Below the pieces are notes generated by a model, which was not told the origin of the DNA, made no database searches, and saw only the letters and a list, made by a program, of their open reading frames with translations. Both the position numbers and the translations under genes were made by a program. Below are positions 1-10,306 of a stretch of 64,000 bases of DNA, piece by piece (the first letter of the stretch is position 1; the number at the start of each line of letters is the position of its first letter). The DNA is taken from the NCBI GenBank assembly GCA_964562675.1, contig CAZLUG010000002.1:5852-69851 (forward strand), written 5' to 3'. Source of the DNA: an uncultured Candidatus Saccharibacteria bacterium. GTDB lineage: Bacteria > Patescibacteriota > Minisyncoccia > Minisyncoccales > CG1-02-41-26.

Positions 1-72
1 ACTTCTAATGATTTGCGTCAATAAATTTTGCTGTTTTTCCGTAAGTTGTAACACCTGATTGGCACCCTGCAT
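1..72 (-). CDS. hypothetical protein, 5' part only (runs off the window)
   Basis: Minus strand reads GAAGGGGGT-N6-ATG then an open frame MQGANQVLQLTEKQQNLLTQIIRS to the window edge. Confidence 0.45.
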   Translation of the reverse strand, partial: MQGANQVLQLTEKQQNLLTQIIRS

Positions 73-124
73 CTTTTAACCCCCTTCCATGTTGTGATTG
101 AACTATTTCTATAATAACACAAAC

Positions 125-158
125 AAAAAAGGAAGCGCAACTTATTAAGCTACGCTTC
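125..158 (-). terminator. intrinsic terminator
   Basis: Minus strand GAAGCGTAGCTT-AAT-AAGTTGCGCTTC stem (2 G-U pairs) followed by CTTTTTT, directly after the stop of ORF 162-422. Confidence 0.7.
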
Positions 159-161
159 AAT

Positions 162-422
162 TTATTCTCGGTCTCCCTTTTGGATAATTCGCCATCTTAT
201 GATGTTATTTGGCAACTCGGTGATGATATATTCGAATGTCTCATCTTTGCTAATATTAATTTTTCGGTAAAATCCTTTTACCACAACTTCTAGACGAATT
301 GTTTTTTCGTAGTTAATTTTTTGTTCACCTTGGTGCCTTATTTTTTTCCAGTTAGCTGGAATATCTATGATGACGAGTCTTTTCAAGATTTCTTTCGGCT
401 CTGTTTTTGCTCTAGTAGTCAA
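162..422 (-). CDS. small hypothetical protein
   Basis: ORF track 162-431; AAGGAGGTGA lies just upstream of TTG at 422, which is the more likely start; has its own promoter and terminator. Confidence 0.65.
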   Translation of the reverse strand: MTTRAKTEPKEILKRLVIIDIPANWKKIRHQGEQKINYEKTIRLEVVVKGFYRKINISKDETFEYIITELPNNIIRWRIIQKGDRE

Positions 423-481
423 TTTACTCACCTCCTTGAATAGACCAATATTTATTAAAGAACAGTTTTAAACTATAGAAT

Positions 482-510
482 ATTTTATCAAAGATAGTTT
501 GTCTTGTCAA
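482..510 (-). promoter_or_regulatory. sigma70-type promoter
   Basis: Minus strand TTGACA-N17-TAAAAT with TGn extended -10. Confidence 0.65.
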
Positions 511-733
511 AAAATTGCTTCTTCATAAATAATTTATCAAAAGCAGTGGATAAAATTCAATTTCTCGGTTTCTTTTGTTGCTTTAGCCATTGCGGCTGCT
601 GCTTACTTCGGGCTCAAAGCAATAGATTGCCTGTTTTTTTACTTTGCGAGATATGGTTTTTACCCTCAACAGATAAAAGCAAAATAAAAAACTGGTGCGC
701 AATATTTCCGCATTTCTAAAAAGTGAAGTGTAG

Positions 734-804
734 TCGGAGTGCCGGGAGTTGAACCCGGATTACACGCACCCCATGCGTGTATAATGCCGTTATACCACAC
801 TCCG
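734..804 (-). tRNA. tRNA-Pro(GGG), CCA not encoded
   Basis: Reverse complement CGGAGTG...CACTCCGA acceptor stem; anticodon arm CACGC-ATGGGGT-GCGTG; T-loop GGTTCAACTCC. Confidence 0.93.
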
Positions 805-834
805 AATCCTCCCCCCTAAAGAGAAAAAATAATA

Positions 835-1092
835 CTACTTTTTGACGCTTGCGGGTTTCTTTTCTTTTTTGCCTTGGAATTTAGAAAGAGTTCTGATACA
901 TCGGGTACAAGCCAGCACTCTTTGCCCAGCAAACTTTCGGAAAGGTTCTTTTTTAATATCAGCGGGAATTCTTACCCATTGAAGATTTGGTTTTCTCCTT
1001 AGTTTGGGAGTGGGATTATATTTACCTCTTAATTTATTGAGCTTCCGCCCAACTTGAGGTTTTTTTCCGCAGATTTGGCAAATTCTACTCAT
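835..1092 (-). CDS. rpmB: 50S ribosomal protein L28 (Zn-binding type)
   Basis: MSRICQICGK...R..KPNLQ...CTRCIR motifs. Confidence 0.9.
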   Translation of the reverse strand: MSRICQICGKKPQVGRKLNKLRGKYNPTPKLRRKPNLQWVRIPADIKKEPFRKFAGQRVLACTRCIRTLSKFQGKKEKKPASVKK

Positions 1093-1130
1093 ATGCGCTA
1101 TAATACAACAGATTGTTTATTTTTTCAATT

Positions 1131-1760
1131 ATGGGAGTTTTAATTTTTGTTTTTCTTATCTTTGTTTTTCTGTATTCCGTGATTATCCATGAGATTTCGC
1201 ATGGGGCAATGGCTAATTATTTAGGCGATCCAACCGCAAAAATGGCTGGACGCTTAAGTCTGAATCCCTTAAAACACTTAGATCCTATCGGCTCAATTAT
1301 TCTTCCTGTTTTGCTGATTATGGTGCATAGTAATATTATAGTAGGTTGGGCTAAACCAGTTCCGGTTAATCCTTTAAATTTAAGAGATAAACGGTACGGA
1401 GAAGCTAAAGTAGCCTTAGCTGGTCCCGCGGCTAATTTTTTAATGGCTGTCGTTTTTGGTTTATTGGCTCGGTTTGCGCTTCAGCAATTTCAACTAGTTT
1501 TTTTAGCCAGGCTAGCGTTCATTTTTGGATATATTTGTTGGATTAATCTCGTCTTGGCAGTTTTTAATTTAATTCCTATTCCTCCTTTGGATGGAGCTCA
1601 TATTCTTTTTGCTGTTTTGCCAAAAAGCGCGGTCCGGTTTAAACTGTTTCTGGTGCGATACGGATTTTTGATTCTCATTTTCTTAATCTTTTTTTTCTTT
1701 AATTATTTTAGTCCAATTGTAAACTTTCTTTTTAAGCTTATCATCGGCCAGAATTTTTAA
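1131..1760 (+). CDS. site-2 protease, M50 family membrane metalloprotease
   Basis: HEISH zinc motif, GDPTA, AGP and FNLIPIPPLDG motifs; ATG at 1131 preferred. Confidence 0.92.
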   Translation: MGVLIFVFLIFVFLYSVIIHEISHGAMANYLGDPTAKMAGRLSLNPLKHLDPIGSIILPVLLIMVHSNIIVGWAKPVPVNPLNLRDKRYGEAKVALAGPAANFLMAVVFGLLARFALQQFQLVFLARLAFIFGYICWINLVLAVFNLIPIPPLDGAHILFAVLPKSAVRFKLFLVRYGFLILIFLIFFFFNYFSPIVNFLFKLIIGQNF

Positions 1761-1780
1761 TTCAATTTTTGTTCAAGAGT

Positions 1781-1809
1781 TTGACATTCTGCAATTTTTT
1801 TGTTAAATT
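1781..1809 (+). promoter_or_regulatory. sigma70-type promoter of the str operon
   Basis: TTGACA-N17-TAAATT with TG extension, 8 nt before the rpsL ATG. Confidence 0.6.
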
Positions 1810-1817
1810 TTTATCGT

Positions 1818-2234
1818 ATGCCAACTATTAATCAACTTATTAGAAAAGGGAGGAAAAGCGTTAAACGGAAAACTCAAGTTATGGCCTTAACGTTTAGCAT
1901 GAATAGCCTAAAGAATAGAAGAATTTATTATCCTTCTTCTTTCAAAAGGGGAATATGCTTAAAAGTTTGGGCGGTGGCGCCAAAGAAACCGAATTCTGCT
2001 TTAAGAAAAGTAGCAAGAGTTAAACTCTCTAATGGAGCAGAAGTTACGGCTTATATTCCCGGGGAGGGACATAATTTGCAAGAGCATTCTATTGTTTTAA
2101 TCCGCGGGGGCAGAGTAAAAGATTTGCCGGGCGTAAGATATCATATTGTGAGAGGAGTTTTAGACGCCTCGGGAGTAGAAAAAAGAAAACAAGGCCGTTC
2201 AAAATACGGGACAAAAAAGGCGAAGAAAGCCTAA
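1818..2234 (+). CDS. rpsL: 30S ribosomal protein S12
   Basis: [32 protein letters not shown]. Confidence 0.98.
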   Translation: MPTINQLIRKGRKSVKRKTQVMALTFSMNSLKNRRIYYPSSFKRGICLKVWAVAPKKPNSALRKVARVKLSNGAEVTAYIPGEGHNLQEHSIVLIRGGRVKDLPGVRYHIVRGVLDASGVEKRKQGRSKYGTKKAKKA

Positions 2235-2263
2235 ATTATATTTAGAAAGTCATTAATCTATTA

Positions 2264-2728
2264 ATGTCAAAAAAATTTCGAAAAAAAGAAACAAGTCCGG
2301 ATTCTCGCTACCAAAGCATAGAAGTAGGTCAGTTTATTAATCATATTATGAAGAACGGCAAGAAATCTTTGGCAAGGAGAATTTTGTATAGAGCTTTTGA
2401 TATTATCAAGAAAAAGTCTAAAAGTGATCCCTTGGATATTTTTAAAAGAGCTCTTGAGAATGTCGGACCAGTAGTTGAAGTAAAAGCAAAAAGAGTAGGT
2501 GGAGCTACTTACCAAGTGCCTAGGGAAGTTCCAGTGAATAGGAGATTTACTTTAGCAATGAGATGGATACTTGAAGCAGCTCGGAAGAAAAAGGGGAAGC
2601 CCATGGAAATGAAATTGGCTGACGAGTTAATAGCGGCTGCCAAAGAAGAAGGAGAAGCTATAAGGAAAAGAGTCAACGTTCATCGAATGGCTGAGGCCAA
2701 TCGAGCTTTCGCGCATTTTGCAAGATAA
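2264..2728 (+). CDS. rpsG: 30S ribosomal protein S7
   Basis: RVGGATYQVP, HRMAEANRAFAHF. Confidence 0.98.
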   Translation: MSKKFRKKETSPDSRYQSIEVGQFINHIMKNGKKSLARRILYRAFDIIKKKSKSDPLDIFKRALENVGPVVEVKAKRVGGATYQVPREVPVNRRFTLAMRWILEAARKKKGKPMEMKLADELIAAAKEEGEAIRKRVNVHRMAEANRAFAHFAR

Positions 2729-2851
2729 TTAATATCTTCCGAATTCTCTTTATAGTTGAATGATGCCTGTCTTTTTTTTCTTTACTAATAATAGATTTCC
2801 AAAATTAAAAGGGAAGCCAAAAGATTTTTCTTAATCAAATTTTATATTTTT

Positions 2852-4957
2852 ATGCCAAGACAATATCCTTTAGAAAGAATTCGTGATATAGGAATAATTG
2901 CTCATATTGACGCCGGTAAAACAACAGTAACGGAGCGAGTTTTATTTTATACCGGTATTAGCCATAAAATAGGAGAGGTGCATAACGGCCAGGCTATTAT
3001 GGATTGGATGGCCGAGGAGAAAGAAAGAGGTATTACTATTACTTCTGCTTCAACTACTTGCCACTGGATTCCTTTGGCATCAAATCGCAGGAAGGAGGAT
3101 GAATACCAGATAAATATTATTGATACACCGGGACACATTGATTTTACGGTTGAAGTCCAAAGGAGCTTACGTGTTTTAGACGGGGCGATAGTTGTCTTTG
3201 ATGGAGTAGCAGGAGTAGAGCCCCAGTCAGAAACAGTCTGGCGCCAAGCTGATAAGTTTCAGGTACCAAGAATTTGTTTTATTAACAAGATGGATAGAAT
3301 GGGAGCGAATTTTGACAAAAGTTTTCAGTCTATTATAGAAAAATTATCTCCTCAGGCAGTGGCTATTCAAATCCCTATTGGCCAAGAAGAAAAATTCGAA
3401 GGTGTTATTGACCTTATCCAAATGAAAGCTTTGTATTTTGAGGGGGCTTTCGGCCAAGAAGTAAAAGAGAAAGATATTCCGGATAACTTAAAGGAAACGG
3501 CTATGGCTGCGCGAGAAAAAATGCTGGAAAAAATAGCCGGGGAAGATGATGTATTATTAGAAAAATTTGTTCGGAAAGAAAGCATTTCCGTAGAAGAAAT
3601 AAAAAAATCTCTCCGCAAAACTACTCTAAGTTATAAAATTATCCCCGTCCTTTGCGGTTCAGCCTTAAAAGACAAGGGTATTCAACCTTTGTTGGATGCT
3701 GTTTGTGCTTATCTGCCCAGTCCTCAGGATCTTCCATCCACTCAAGGCACGAATCCATTAACGGGTGAAAAAACCGAGAGGGAACAATCAGATTCTGCAC
3801 CCTTTACGGCCTTGGTTTTTAAAATTGCGACCGACCCTTACGTTGGAACCTTAAACTACTTTCGGGTTTATTCCGGCTCTTTAAAGAAAGGGTCATATCT
3901 TTTGAATACAACAACTGGAGTTAAAGAAAGAATCGGCCGGCTTCTCAGAATGCATGCCAATCAAAGGATGGAATTAGATGAAGTCTTTACCGGAGATATC
4001 GCTGCGACGGTTGGATTGAAAAGAACTAGCACTGGGCACACCCTTTGTGATCCAGACCATCCTATTATTTTAGAAAAAATTACTTTTCCCGAACCGGTGA
4101 TTTCAATTAAGATTGAACCAAAAACTAGAGCTGACCAAGAAAAACTTACTTTGGCGTTAAAAAAACTTGCTGATGAAGACCCAACCTTTAGAGTTAAAGA
4201 AAATATCGAAACAGGAGAAACTATTATTTCTGGCATGGGAGAACTTCATTTAGATGTTCTTATTGATCGGATGAAAAGAGAATTTCAAGTAGAGGCTGAT
4301 ATTGGGAAACCTCAAGTGGCTTACAAAGAAACTATTTGTGCCAATTCGGAGGCAGAAGGAAAATATATTCACCAATCAGGAGGCAGAGGACAATATGGGC
4401 ATGTTTGGTTGCGAGTTCAACCGCGTTCGCGAGGCGAGGGTTTTGAATTTAAAAATGAGATTAAAGGAGGAGTTATTCCTCAAGAGTTTATTCCCGCGGT
4501 TAAAAAGGGCGTTGAAGAAATGATGAGTAAGGGTGTCCTGGCAGGTTATCCGATGGTTGATATGGAAGTGGCGCTTTATGATGGTTCTTTTCACGAAGTT
4601 GATTCTTCGGAGATTGCTTTTAAAATTGCTGCTGCCGAAGCATTGAAGTCTGCTTCCCAAAAAGCAAAACCTATTCTTTTAGAGCCTGTCATGAAAATTG
4701 AAGTGGTTGTTCCCTCGGAATTTTTTGGCGATGTTATTGGAGACCTTAATCGAAGAAGAGGCCTGATTGAAGAAACAAAGGATAGGATTAATTTAAAAGT
4801 TATTGACGTTAAGGTGCCATTAGCGGAGATGTTTGGTTATGCGACTGGTTTACGCTCTCTGACTCAGGGAAGAGGCACTTTCACCATGGAATTTGACCAT
4901 TATGAGAAAGTTCCAGAGAATATCACAAAGGAGATTATAGAAGGGAAAAGGAGTTGA
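2852..4957 (+). CDS. fusA: elongation factor G
   Basis: [28 protein letters not shown]; position in the str operon. Confidence 0.99.
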   Translation: MPRQYPLERIRDIGIIAHIDAGKTTVTERVLFYTGISHKIGEVHNGQAIMDWMAEEKERGITITSASTTCHWIPLASNRRKEDEYQINIIDTPGHIDFTVEVQRSLRVLDGAIVVFDGVAGVEPQSETVWRQADKFQVPRICFINKMDRMGANFDKSFQSIIEKLSPQAVAIQIPIGQEEKFEGVIDLIQMKALYFEGAFGQEVKEKDIPDNLKETAMAAREKMLEKIAGEDDVLLEKFVRKESISVEEIKKSLRKTTLSYKIIPVLCGSALKDKGIQPLLDAVCAYLPSPQDLPSTQGTNPLTGEKTEREQSDSAPFTALVFKIATDPYVGTLNYFRVYSGSLKKGSYLLNTTTGVKERIGRLLRMHANQRMELDEVFTGDIAATVGLKRTSTGHTLCDPDHPIILEKITFPEPVISIKIEPKTRADQEKLTLALKKLADEDPTFRVKENIETGETIISGMGELHLDVLIDRMKREFQVEADIGKPQVAYKETICANSEAEGKYIHQSGGRGQYGHVWLRVQPRSRGEGFEFKNEIKGGVIPQEFIPAVKKGVEEMMSKGVLAGYPMVDMEVALYDGSFHEVDSSEIAFKIAAAEALKSASQKAKPILLEPVMKIEVVVPSEFFGDVIGDLNRRRGLIEETKDRINLKVIDVKVPLAEMFGYATGLRSLTQGRGTFTMEFDHYEKVPENITKEIIEGKRS

Positions 4958-5009
4958 TCTTGTGTTATTCAGTTTTTTGAGTTATATTCAAACAAATCAA
5001 AGACAATTT

Positions 5010-5276
5010 ATGAATTTAGACGAAATTAAAAATATCCTTACTTCTAGCAGCGATAAATTTGTTTTTATTGAAAACGGCCAGCCGCTTTTTGTGATGATGA
5101 CCTACGCAGAATATAGAAAGAATTTTGGTGCTCAAAAATTGTCGAAAAACGAAAGTGATATTATTGGGAAACAAGAGGAGAAAGTTTTTACGCCCGAACT
5201 TTTATCTTCCCGCGCAAATCAGACCACTAATGATTTACCCAAAGACCACTTGACTTTAGAAGATTTGCCGTTTTGA
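5010..5276 (+). CDS. hypothetical protein, Phd/YefM-like N-terminus with acidic EDLPF C-terminal tail
   Basis: FVFIENGQPLFVMMTYAEY resembles the Phd pattern (vIt.nG.P.aVlms.eeY); ATG at 5010. Confidence 0.65.
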   Translation: MNLDEIKNILTSSSDKFVFIENGQPLFVMMTYAEYRKNFGAQKLSKNESDIIGKQEEKVFTPELLSSRANQTTNDLPKDHLTLEDLPF

Positions 5277-5350
5277 GCACAAAAATTAAATAAATTGGAT
5301 AATTAATAGATAACCATTTCAGCCAGGTCGTTATTTTTTAACCAAAAGGG

Positions 5351-5379
5351 TTGACTTTAAAGTTTCTTTTTTATAAGAT
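5351..5379 (+). promoter_or_regulatory. sigma70-type promoter upstream of tuf
   Basis: TTGACT-N17-TAAGAT. Confidence 0.55.
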
Positions 5380-5494
5380 AGAAGAGATTTGATAAAAAAT
5401 TAGGGTCAATATTAAATATAATGGAACCTATCTTGAAACCTAACAACTAGAAGTTATTTTGTTTTAAGATTTATGTTTCAAATTGTAATTTTTT

Positions 5495-6691
5495 ATGGCA
5501 AAAGAAAAATTTGAGAGGACAAAACCTCATTTAAATATAGGGACGATTGGCCACGTTGATCACGGAAAGACTACTTTAACCGCCGCCATTTTAAAGATTT
5601 CTCGAATGGAGGGTTTTAAGGCGTCTGAAAAGGGAGTTACGGAAATTGATTCAGCTCCTGAAGAAAAAGCTCGTGGCTTAACAATTAATATTTCTCATAC
5701 AGAATTTGAAACAAAGAAACGCCATTATGCTTTAATTGATTGTCCGGGTCATGCTGATTACATCAAGAATATGATTACCGGCGTAGCTCAAATGGATGGA
5801 GCTATTTTAGTTGTTTCAGCCGTGGATGGACCAATGCCCCAGACAAGAGAACATGTTTTATTGGCTCGCCAAGTCGGTTTACCGTCAATTGTAGTTTTCC
5901 TTAACAAAACTGATCAGGTTAATGATCCAGAAATGATAGAATTAGTGGAATCTGAAGTAAGAGAATTATTGGACAAATATCAATTTCCAGGAAAAGACAC
6001 GCCGATTATTAAAGGTTCTGCTTTGAAAGCCCTTGAAGCTAAATCTTTAGACGATGAAGTTGCTAAACCAATACTTGAATTATTTAAAACAATAGATGAT
6101 TATTTTCCTGAACCAAAGAGGAATCTTGACAAACCGTTTTTAATGGCTATCGAAGATGTCTTTTCTAAATCAGGAAGAGGCACCGTCGCAACCGGAAGAA
6201 TTGAGAGAGGAATAGTTAAGGCGGGTGATAAAGTGGAATTAGTCGGCTTGCGTCCAACTCAAGAAACCGTAGCAATTAGCATTGAAACATTTAACAAATC
6301 TTTAGATGAAGGAAGAGCAGGTGATAATGTGGGGGTTTTGTTAAGAGGCTTAAAAAAGGATGAAGTAGAACGTGGACAAGTTTTAGCCAAGCCTGGAACT
6401 GTGACTCCCCATTCTGAATTTGAAACAGAAGTTTATATTTTAAAGAAAGAAGAAGGCGGACGCCATACACCATTCTTTTCAGGTTACAAACCTCAGTTTT
6501 ATATTAGAACGTGTGATGTAACCGGAGAAGCTACTTTACCCGAAGGCACAGAAATGGTAATGCCAGGTGATACTGTTAAGTTAAAGGTTAAATTAGCGGC
6601 TCCTGTGGCTTTGGAAGAACAACAAAGATTTGCCATTCGAGAAGGTGGTCGGACAGTAGGAGCAGGCGTTATCACAAAGATAATCAAGTAA
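5495..6691 (+). CDS. tuf: elongation factor Tu
   Basis: [31 protein letters not shown]. Confidence 0.99.
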   Translation: MAKEKFERTKPHLNIGTIGHVDHGKTTLTAAILKISRMEGFKASEKGVTEIDSAPEEKARGLTINISHTEFETKKRHYALIDCPGHADYIKNMITGVAQMDGAILVVSAVDGPMPQTREHVLLARQVGLPSIVVFLNKTDQVNDPEMIELVESEVRELLDKYQFPGKDTPIIKGSALKALEAKSLDDEVAKPILELFKTIDDYFPEPKRNLDKPFLMAIEDVFSKSGRGTVATGRIERGIVKAGDKVELVGLRPTQETVAISIETFNKSLDEGRAGDNVGVLLRGLKKDEVERGQVLAKPGTVTPHSEFETEVYILKKEEGGRHTPFFSGYKPQFYIRTCDVTGEATLPEGTEMVMPGDTVKLKVKLAAPVALEEQQRFAIREGGRTVGAGVITKIIK

Positions 6692-6739
6692 TAAAAGAAA
6701 AAAAAGTTTTAATTTAAGTGTTTCAATTATTATATTGGC

Positions 6740-7072
6740 ATGCATTCCGAGAAAAAAGATGAAATAAAATCTCGTTTGAGGGTAAAACTTAAATCTTACG
6801 ATTATAAAGTGATAGACATGAGCGCTCATCAGATTGTAGATGTTGCTTTGAGGTCAGGTGTCCAGATTCTAGGGCCAGTGCCCTTACCCACAGAAATTCG
6901 GAAATATACAGTAAACCGAGCAAGTTTTGTTCACAAAGACTCGCGCGAGCAGTTTGAGATGAGAGTCCACAAGAGATTGATTGAGGCTCTCAATCCGAAC
7001 CAGAAATTTATTGATGCTTTGAGGGATATTAACCTTCCGAATGGAGTAGAAATTGAAGTAAAAGCCACCTAA
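6740..7072 (+). CDS. rpsJ: 30S ribosomal protein S10
   Basis: GPVPLPT, KDSREQFEMRVHKRLI. Confidence 0.97.
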   Translation: MHSEKKDEIKSRLRVKLKSYDYKVIDMSAHQIVDVALRSGVQILGPVPLPTEIRKYTVNRASFVHKDSREQFEMRVHKRLIEALNPNQKFIDALRDINLPNGVEIEVKAT

Positions 7073-7278
7073 AAAAGAGATGTTCATTTAGTGAAAAATG
7101 CGAAGAGAGTGTTGAATGCAATAGATAATTATCAATCTATTTTTTATGCAGGAAATTTTTATTTTTTAGCATATTTTGCGAGAAAGCCTTGTTTTTAATT
7201 TGTACCGGGCTTAAACCCGGTATTTGATTAGGTAACAAGAGATATACAAACAGGCAGAAAGAGGCAAATTTAGGGTAT

Positions 7279-7872
7279 ATGAGATTTATTTTAGGCAAAA
7301 AAATAAAAATGGATCAGTTTTTCAACGAAGAGGGAATTTCGCCAGTTACTTTAATAGGGGCCGGGCCTTGTTTTATTACTCAATTAAAAAAGAAAGAAAA
7401 AGACGGTTATGAAGCAGTTCAAATCGGCTATGAAAAATTAAAGTCACAGAGAATACGGAAGACAATGAAAGGTAAAGAGTTTCGGTATCTTAGAGAATTT
7501 AAAGACGAAATTAAGAATTATAAAGTCGGACAGGAAATTAGTATCGCTATTTTCCAAAAAGGCGATAAAGTTAAAGTCTCTGGTTTTAGCAAAGGGAAAG
7601 GATTCCAAGGAGCAGTCAAGAGATGGGGTTTCACCGGAAGAAATGCAACCCATGGAGTGAAACATGAACATCGAACTTTAGGTTCAGTTGGAGGAGCTTA
7701 TCCTCAGCACGTTATGAAAGGGAAAAAAATGCCTGGAAGAATGGGAGGAGAACGAACCTCGGTTAAAAACTTAGAAATTGTTTGGATTAATAAAGCCGAA
7801 AATTTGTTAGCCTTAAAAGGAGCGGTGCCTGGCCGAAAGGGAACATTGCTTGAGATTCAAACGAGAGAGTAA
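7279..7872 (+). CDS. rplC: 50S ribosomal protein L3
   Basis: DGYEAVQIG, SKGKGFQGAVKRW, KGKKMPGRMG. Confidence 0.97.
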   Translation: MRFILGKKIKMDQFFNEEGISPVTLIGAGPCFITQLKKKEKDGYEAVQIGYEKLKSQRIRKTMKGKEFRYLREFKDEIKNYKVGQEISIAIFQKGDKVKVSGFSKGKGFQGAVKRWGFTGRNATHGVKHEHRTLGSVGGAYPQHVMKGKKMPGRMGGERTSVKNLEIVWINKAENLLALKGAVPGRKGTLLEIQTRE

Positions 7873-7898
7873 CCGTTTTTTATTAAATCTTGAAAATT

Positions 7899-8534
7899 AT
7901 GAAAGCTTCTGTTTATGATTCAAAAGGCAAAGAAGTTAAGCAAATAACCCTCCCCAAAGATATTTTCAATGTAGAAGTGAACCTTGATTTATTACATCAG
8001 GTAGTTGTTTCTCAGATGTCTAATCGGCGTAAAACGATTGCCCATACTAAAGACCGAGGAGAGGTGCGTGGAGGAGGAAGAAAACCTTGGCGTCAAAAGG
8101 GGACAGGGAGAGCTAGGCACGGGTCACGCCGGTCTCCTATTTGGATTGGTGGTGGAGTGACTTTTGGGCCGAGAAAGGAAAAAATATTTAAAAAGGGTAT
8201 ACCGAGAAAAATGAGGAGAAAGGCTCTATTTATGGCGCTTTCGGCGAAGGCGAAAGGAAATTTGTTAACACTTCTTGATAAATTAGAACTTGACAAAGCA
8301 AAAACAAAAGAGATGTTTAAAATTCTGGGGAATTTACCTTGTCGACAACGAAACGTTTTGTTGATTTTACCAAGCTGCGATAAAAAAATTATCTTGGCTT
8401 CGAAAAATATTCCTGGGATTTCCACAATTCAAGCTAAAGATATCAATGTTCTAGATTTATTGTCATTTAAATATTTGTTGATGCCGGAAAAATCAATTAA
8501 GATTATTAAAAATACTTTTGCAAAAACAAGTTAA
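7899..8534 (+). CDS. rplD: 50S ribosomal protein L4
   Basis: GGGRKPWRQKGTGRARHGS; ATG at 7899. Confidence 0.97.
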   Translation: MKASVYDSKGKEVKQITLPKDIFNVEVNLDLLHQVVVSQMSNRRKTIAHTKDRGEVRGGGRKPWRQKGTGRARHGSRRSPIWIGGGVTFGPRKEKIFKKGIPRKMRRKALFMALSAKAKGNLLTLLDKLELDKAKTKEMFKILGNLPCRQRNVLLILPSCDKKIILASKNIPGISTIQAKDINVLDLLSFKYLLMPEKSIKIIKNTFAKTS

Positions 8535-8595
8535 AATTTATTTTATTAAAGATAAAAATTTTCAGCCTTTATATTTAATGTTTTAATATCTTAGT

Positions 8596-9072
8596 ATGGC
8601 TTTATTAAATGTTTTTAAGAAAAAGCAACCTTCAGGAAAAAAAGAAAAGAGTCCGGAGAAAATTTCGAATACCCAAAAAACAAAGAAAAAAGCTGAAGCA
8701 AAAGTTTTGAAAAAAGAAAAAACGCAAGGGGCAAAGACCGCTAAAACTTCCGCTCGACCGGTTAATTTTACGGCAAAAGGGAAACCTTATCACGAATCTT
8801 TCCGAATTTTACAGTCTCCCCATGTAACCGAAAAAGCTACTGCCTTAGCTGACAAAAATCAATACATATTTAAAGTTTATCATTCTGCCAACAAAACCGA
8901 GATTAAAAAAGCAGTTGAAAGTATTTACAACGTTCAGGTAGTTTCTGTGCATACGGCTAGTTTACCCGGGAAAAAAAGGCGTCTTGGTAAGCAAACTGGT
9001 TGGAAAAAAGGATATAAAAAAGCGATAGTTTCTTTAAAGGCTGGTCAGGAGATAGAAATTTTGCCAAGATAA
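8596..9072 (+). CDS. rplW: 50S ribosomal protein L23 with Lys-rich N-terminal extension
   Basis: PHVTEKA, ANKTEIKKAVE, KKAIVSL; operon position. Confidence 0.95.
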   Translation: MALLNVFKKKQPSGKKEKSPEKISNTQKTKKKAEAKVLKKEKTQGAKTAKTSARPVNFTAKGKPYHESFRILQSPHVTEKATALADKNQYIFKVYHSANKTEIKKAVESIYNVQVVSVHTASLPGKKRRLGKQTGWKKGYKKAIVSLKAGQEIEILPR

Positions 9073-9119
9073 TATTATTTTTTCCTTGCTCGGCTTCGAA
9101 CGGAGAATAGTTAATAATT

Positions 9120-9920
9120 ATGAATTTAGGGAAGAGAAAAAAAATATTGGCCAAAAAAAGGCCGGAGAGAAGCTTGGTTAAACCACTGAAAAGCAAAGGC
9201 GGCCGGTTTTTTTCCGGAAGAATTTCGATTCGCCATCGAGGCGGGGGAGTGAAAAAACTTTATCGCCTGGTAGATTTTAAGAATCAAAGATTAGGCGAAA
9301 GAGCCAAAGTACAAGCTTTAGAGTATGACCCAAATAGAACAGCCTATATTGCTCTTTTGGAATATGAAGATGGTCAAAAAAAATATATTATCGCTCCCGA
9401 CAAACTGAAGAAAGGAGACGAAATTATAATATCTGAAAAAGCACCGCTGAGCCCGGGCAATCGGATGGCGCTAAAAAATATTCCTGTCGGAACGGTTGTT
9501 CATAATATTGAGATTAATCCCGGTCAAGGGGGGAAAATTGCTAAAGCAGCGGGTAATGCATGCGAAATTGTTGCTCAAGAAGGAAAATACACGATCTTAA
9601 AAATGCCGTCTCGGGAGCTCAGGAAAATACTTTCTAATTGTTTTGCTTCAATAGGAGTAGTTTCAAACGTTGAACACCGTTTTCAAAAAGTTGGAAAAGC
9701 AGGTTCTCGGCGCTTAAAAGGGTGGCGGCCAACGGTTCGCGGATCGGCAATGAATCCTTGTGATCACCCTCACGGAGGCGGAGAAGGCAGGACGTCAATT
9801 GGCTTGAAGTACCCAAAGACGCCATGGGGAAAACCAGCCCTAGGTGTGAGAACACGGCGGCGCAAATGGAATGATAAACTTATTCTTAAACGGAGGAAAA
9901 AAGGCAAAAGAAATTCGTAA
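9120..9920 (+). CDS. rplB: 50S ribosomal protein L2
   Basis: EYDPNRTA, VRGSAMNPCDHPHGGGEG. Confidence 0.98.
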   Translation: MNLGKRKKILAKKRPERSLVKPLKSKGGRFFSGRISIRHRGGGVKKLYRLVDFKNQRLGERAKVQALEYDPNRTAYIALLEYEDGQKKYIIAPDKLKKGDEIIISEKAPLSPGNRMALKNIPVGTVVHNIEINPGQGGKIAKAAGNACEIVAQEGKYTILKMPSRELRKILSNCFASIGVVSNVEHRFQKVGKAGSRRLKGWRPTVRGSAMNPCDHPHGGGEGRTSIGLKYPKTPWGKPALGVRTRRRKWNDKLILKRRKKGKRNS

Positions 9921-9950
9921 TTTAAATAGTTAAAAATCCATCACAAAATT

Positions 9951-10250
9951 ATGAGCAGGAGTTTAAAAAAAGGACCATATGTCAATGAGAAATTATTAAA
10001 GAAATTGTCAAAGCTTAAGGCTGGAGACAAAACGGTTATTAAAACTTGGTCAAGATCTTCAACTATTACCCCAGAAATGACCGGTTTTACATTCGGGGTT
10101 TATAACGGGAAAGAACATTTGAAAGTTTATATCACCGAAGATATGATTGGGCACAAATTAGGAGAGTTTTCCCCGACGACTAAATTTCACCGACACGGCG
10201 GGAAAATGCAAAAAGAGCTTGAGTCAAAGAGTAAAACAACAAATCAATAG
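9951..10250 (+). CDS. rpsS: 30S ribosomal protein S19
   Basis: [27 protein letters not shown]. Confidence 0.98.
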   Translation: MSRSLKKGPYVNEKLLKKLSKLKAGDKTVIKTWSRSSTITPEMTGFTFGVYNGKEHLKVYITEDMIGHKLGEFSPTTKFHRHGGKMQKELESKSKTTNQ

Positions 10251-10306
10251 CCTACTTCAGGAGGGATAAATTTGCAATAAGTTGATTATTCATTACTATA
10301 TTATCC

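Noticed and set aside
504-719. 71-aa + strand ORF, and an overlapping hydrophobic frame at 529-687 (IIYQKQWIKF...AAAAYFGLK)
   Set aside because: The first overlaps a clear minus-strand promoter and has no recognisable motif; the second has no canonical start after an in-frame stop. Neither can be supported.
9073-9119. Possible hairpin in the rplW-rplB spacer (CTCGGCTTCGAACGGAG)
   Set aside because: Pairing is short and interrupted and cannot be distinguished from chance without covariation data.
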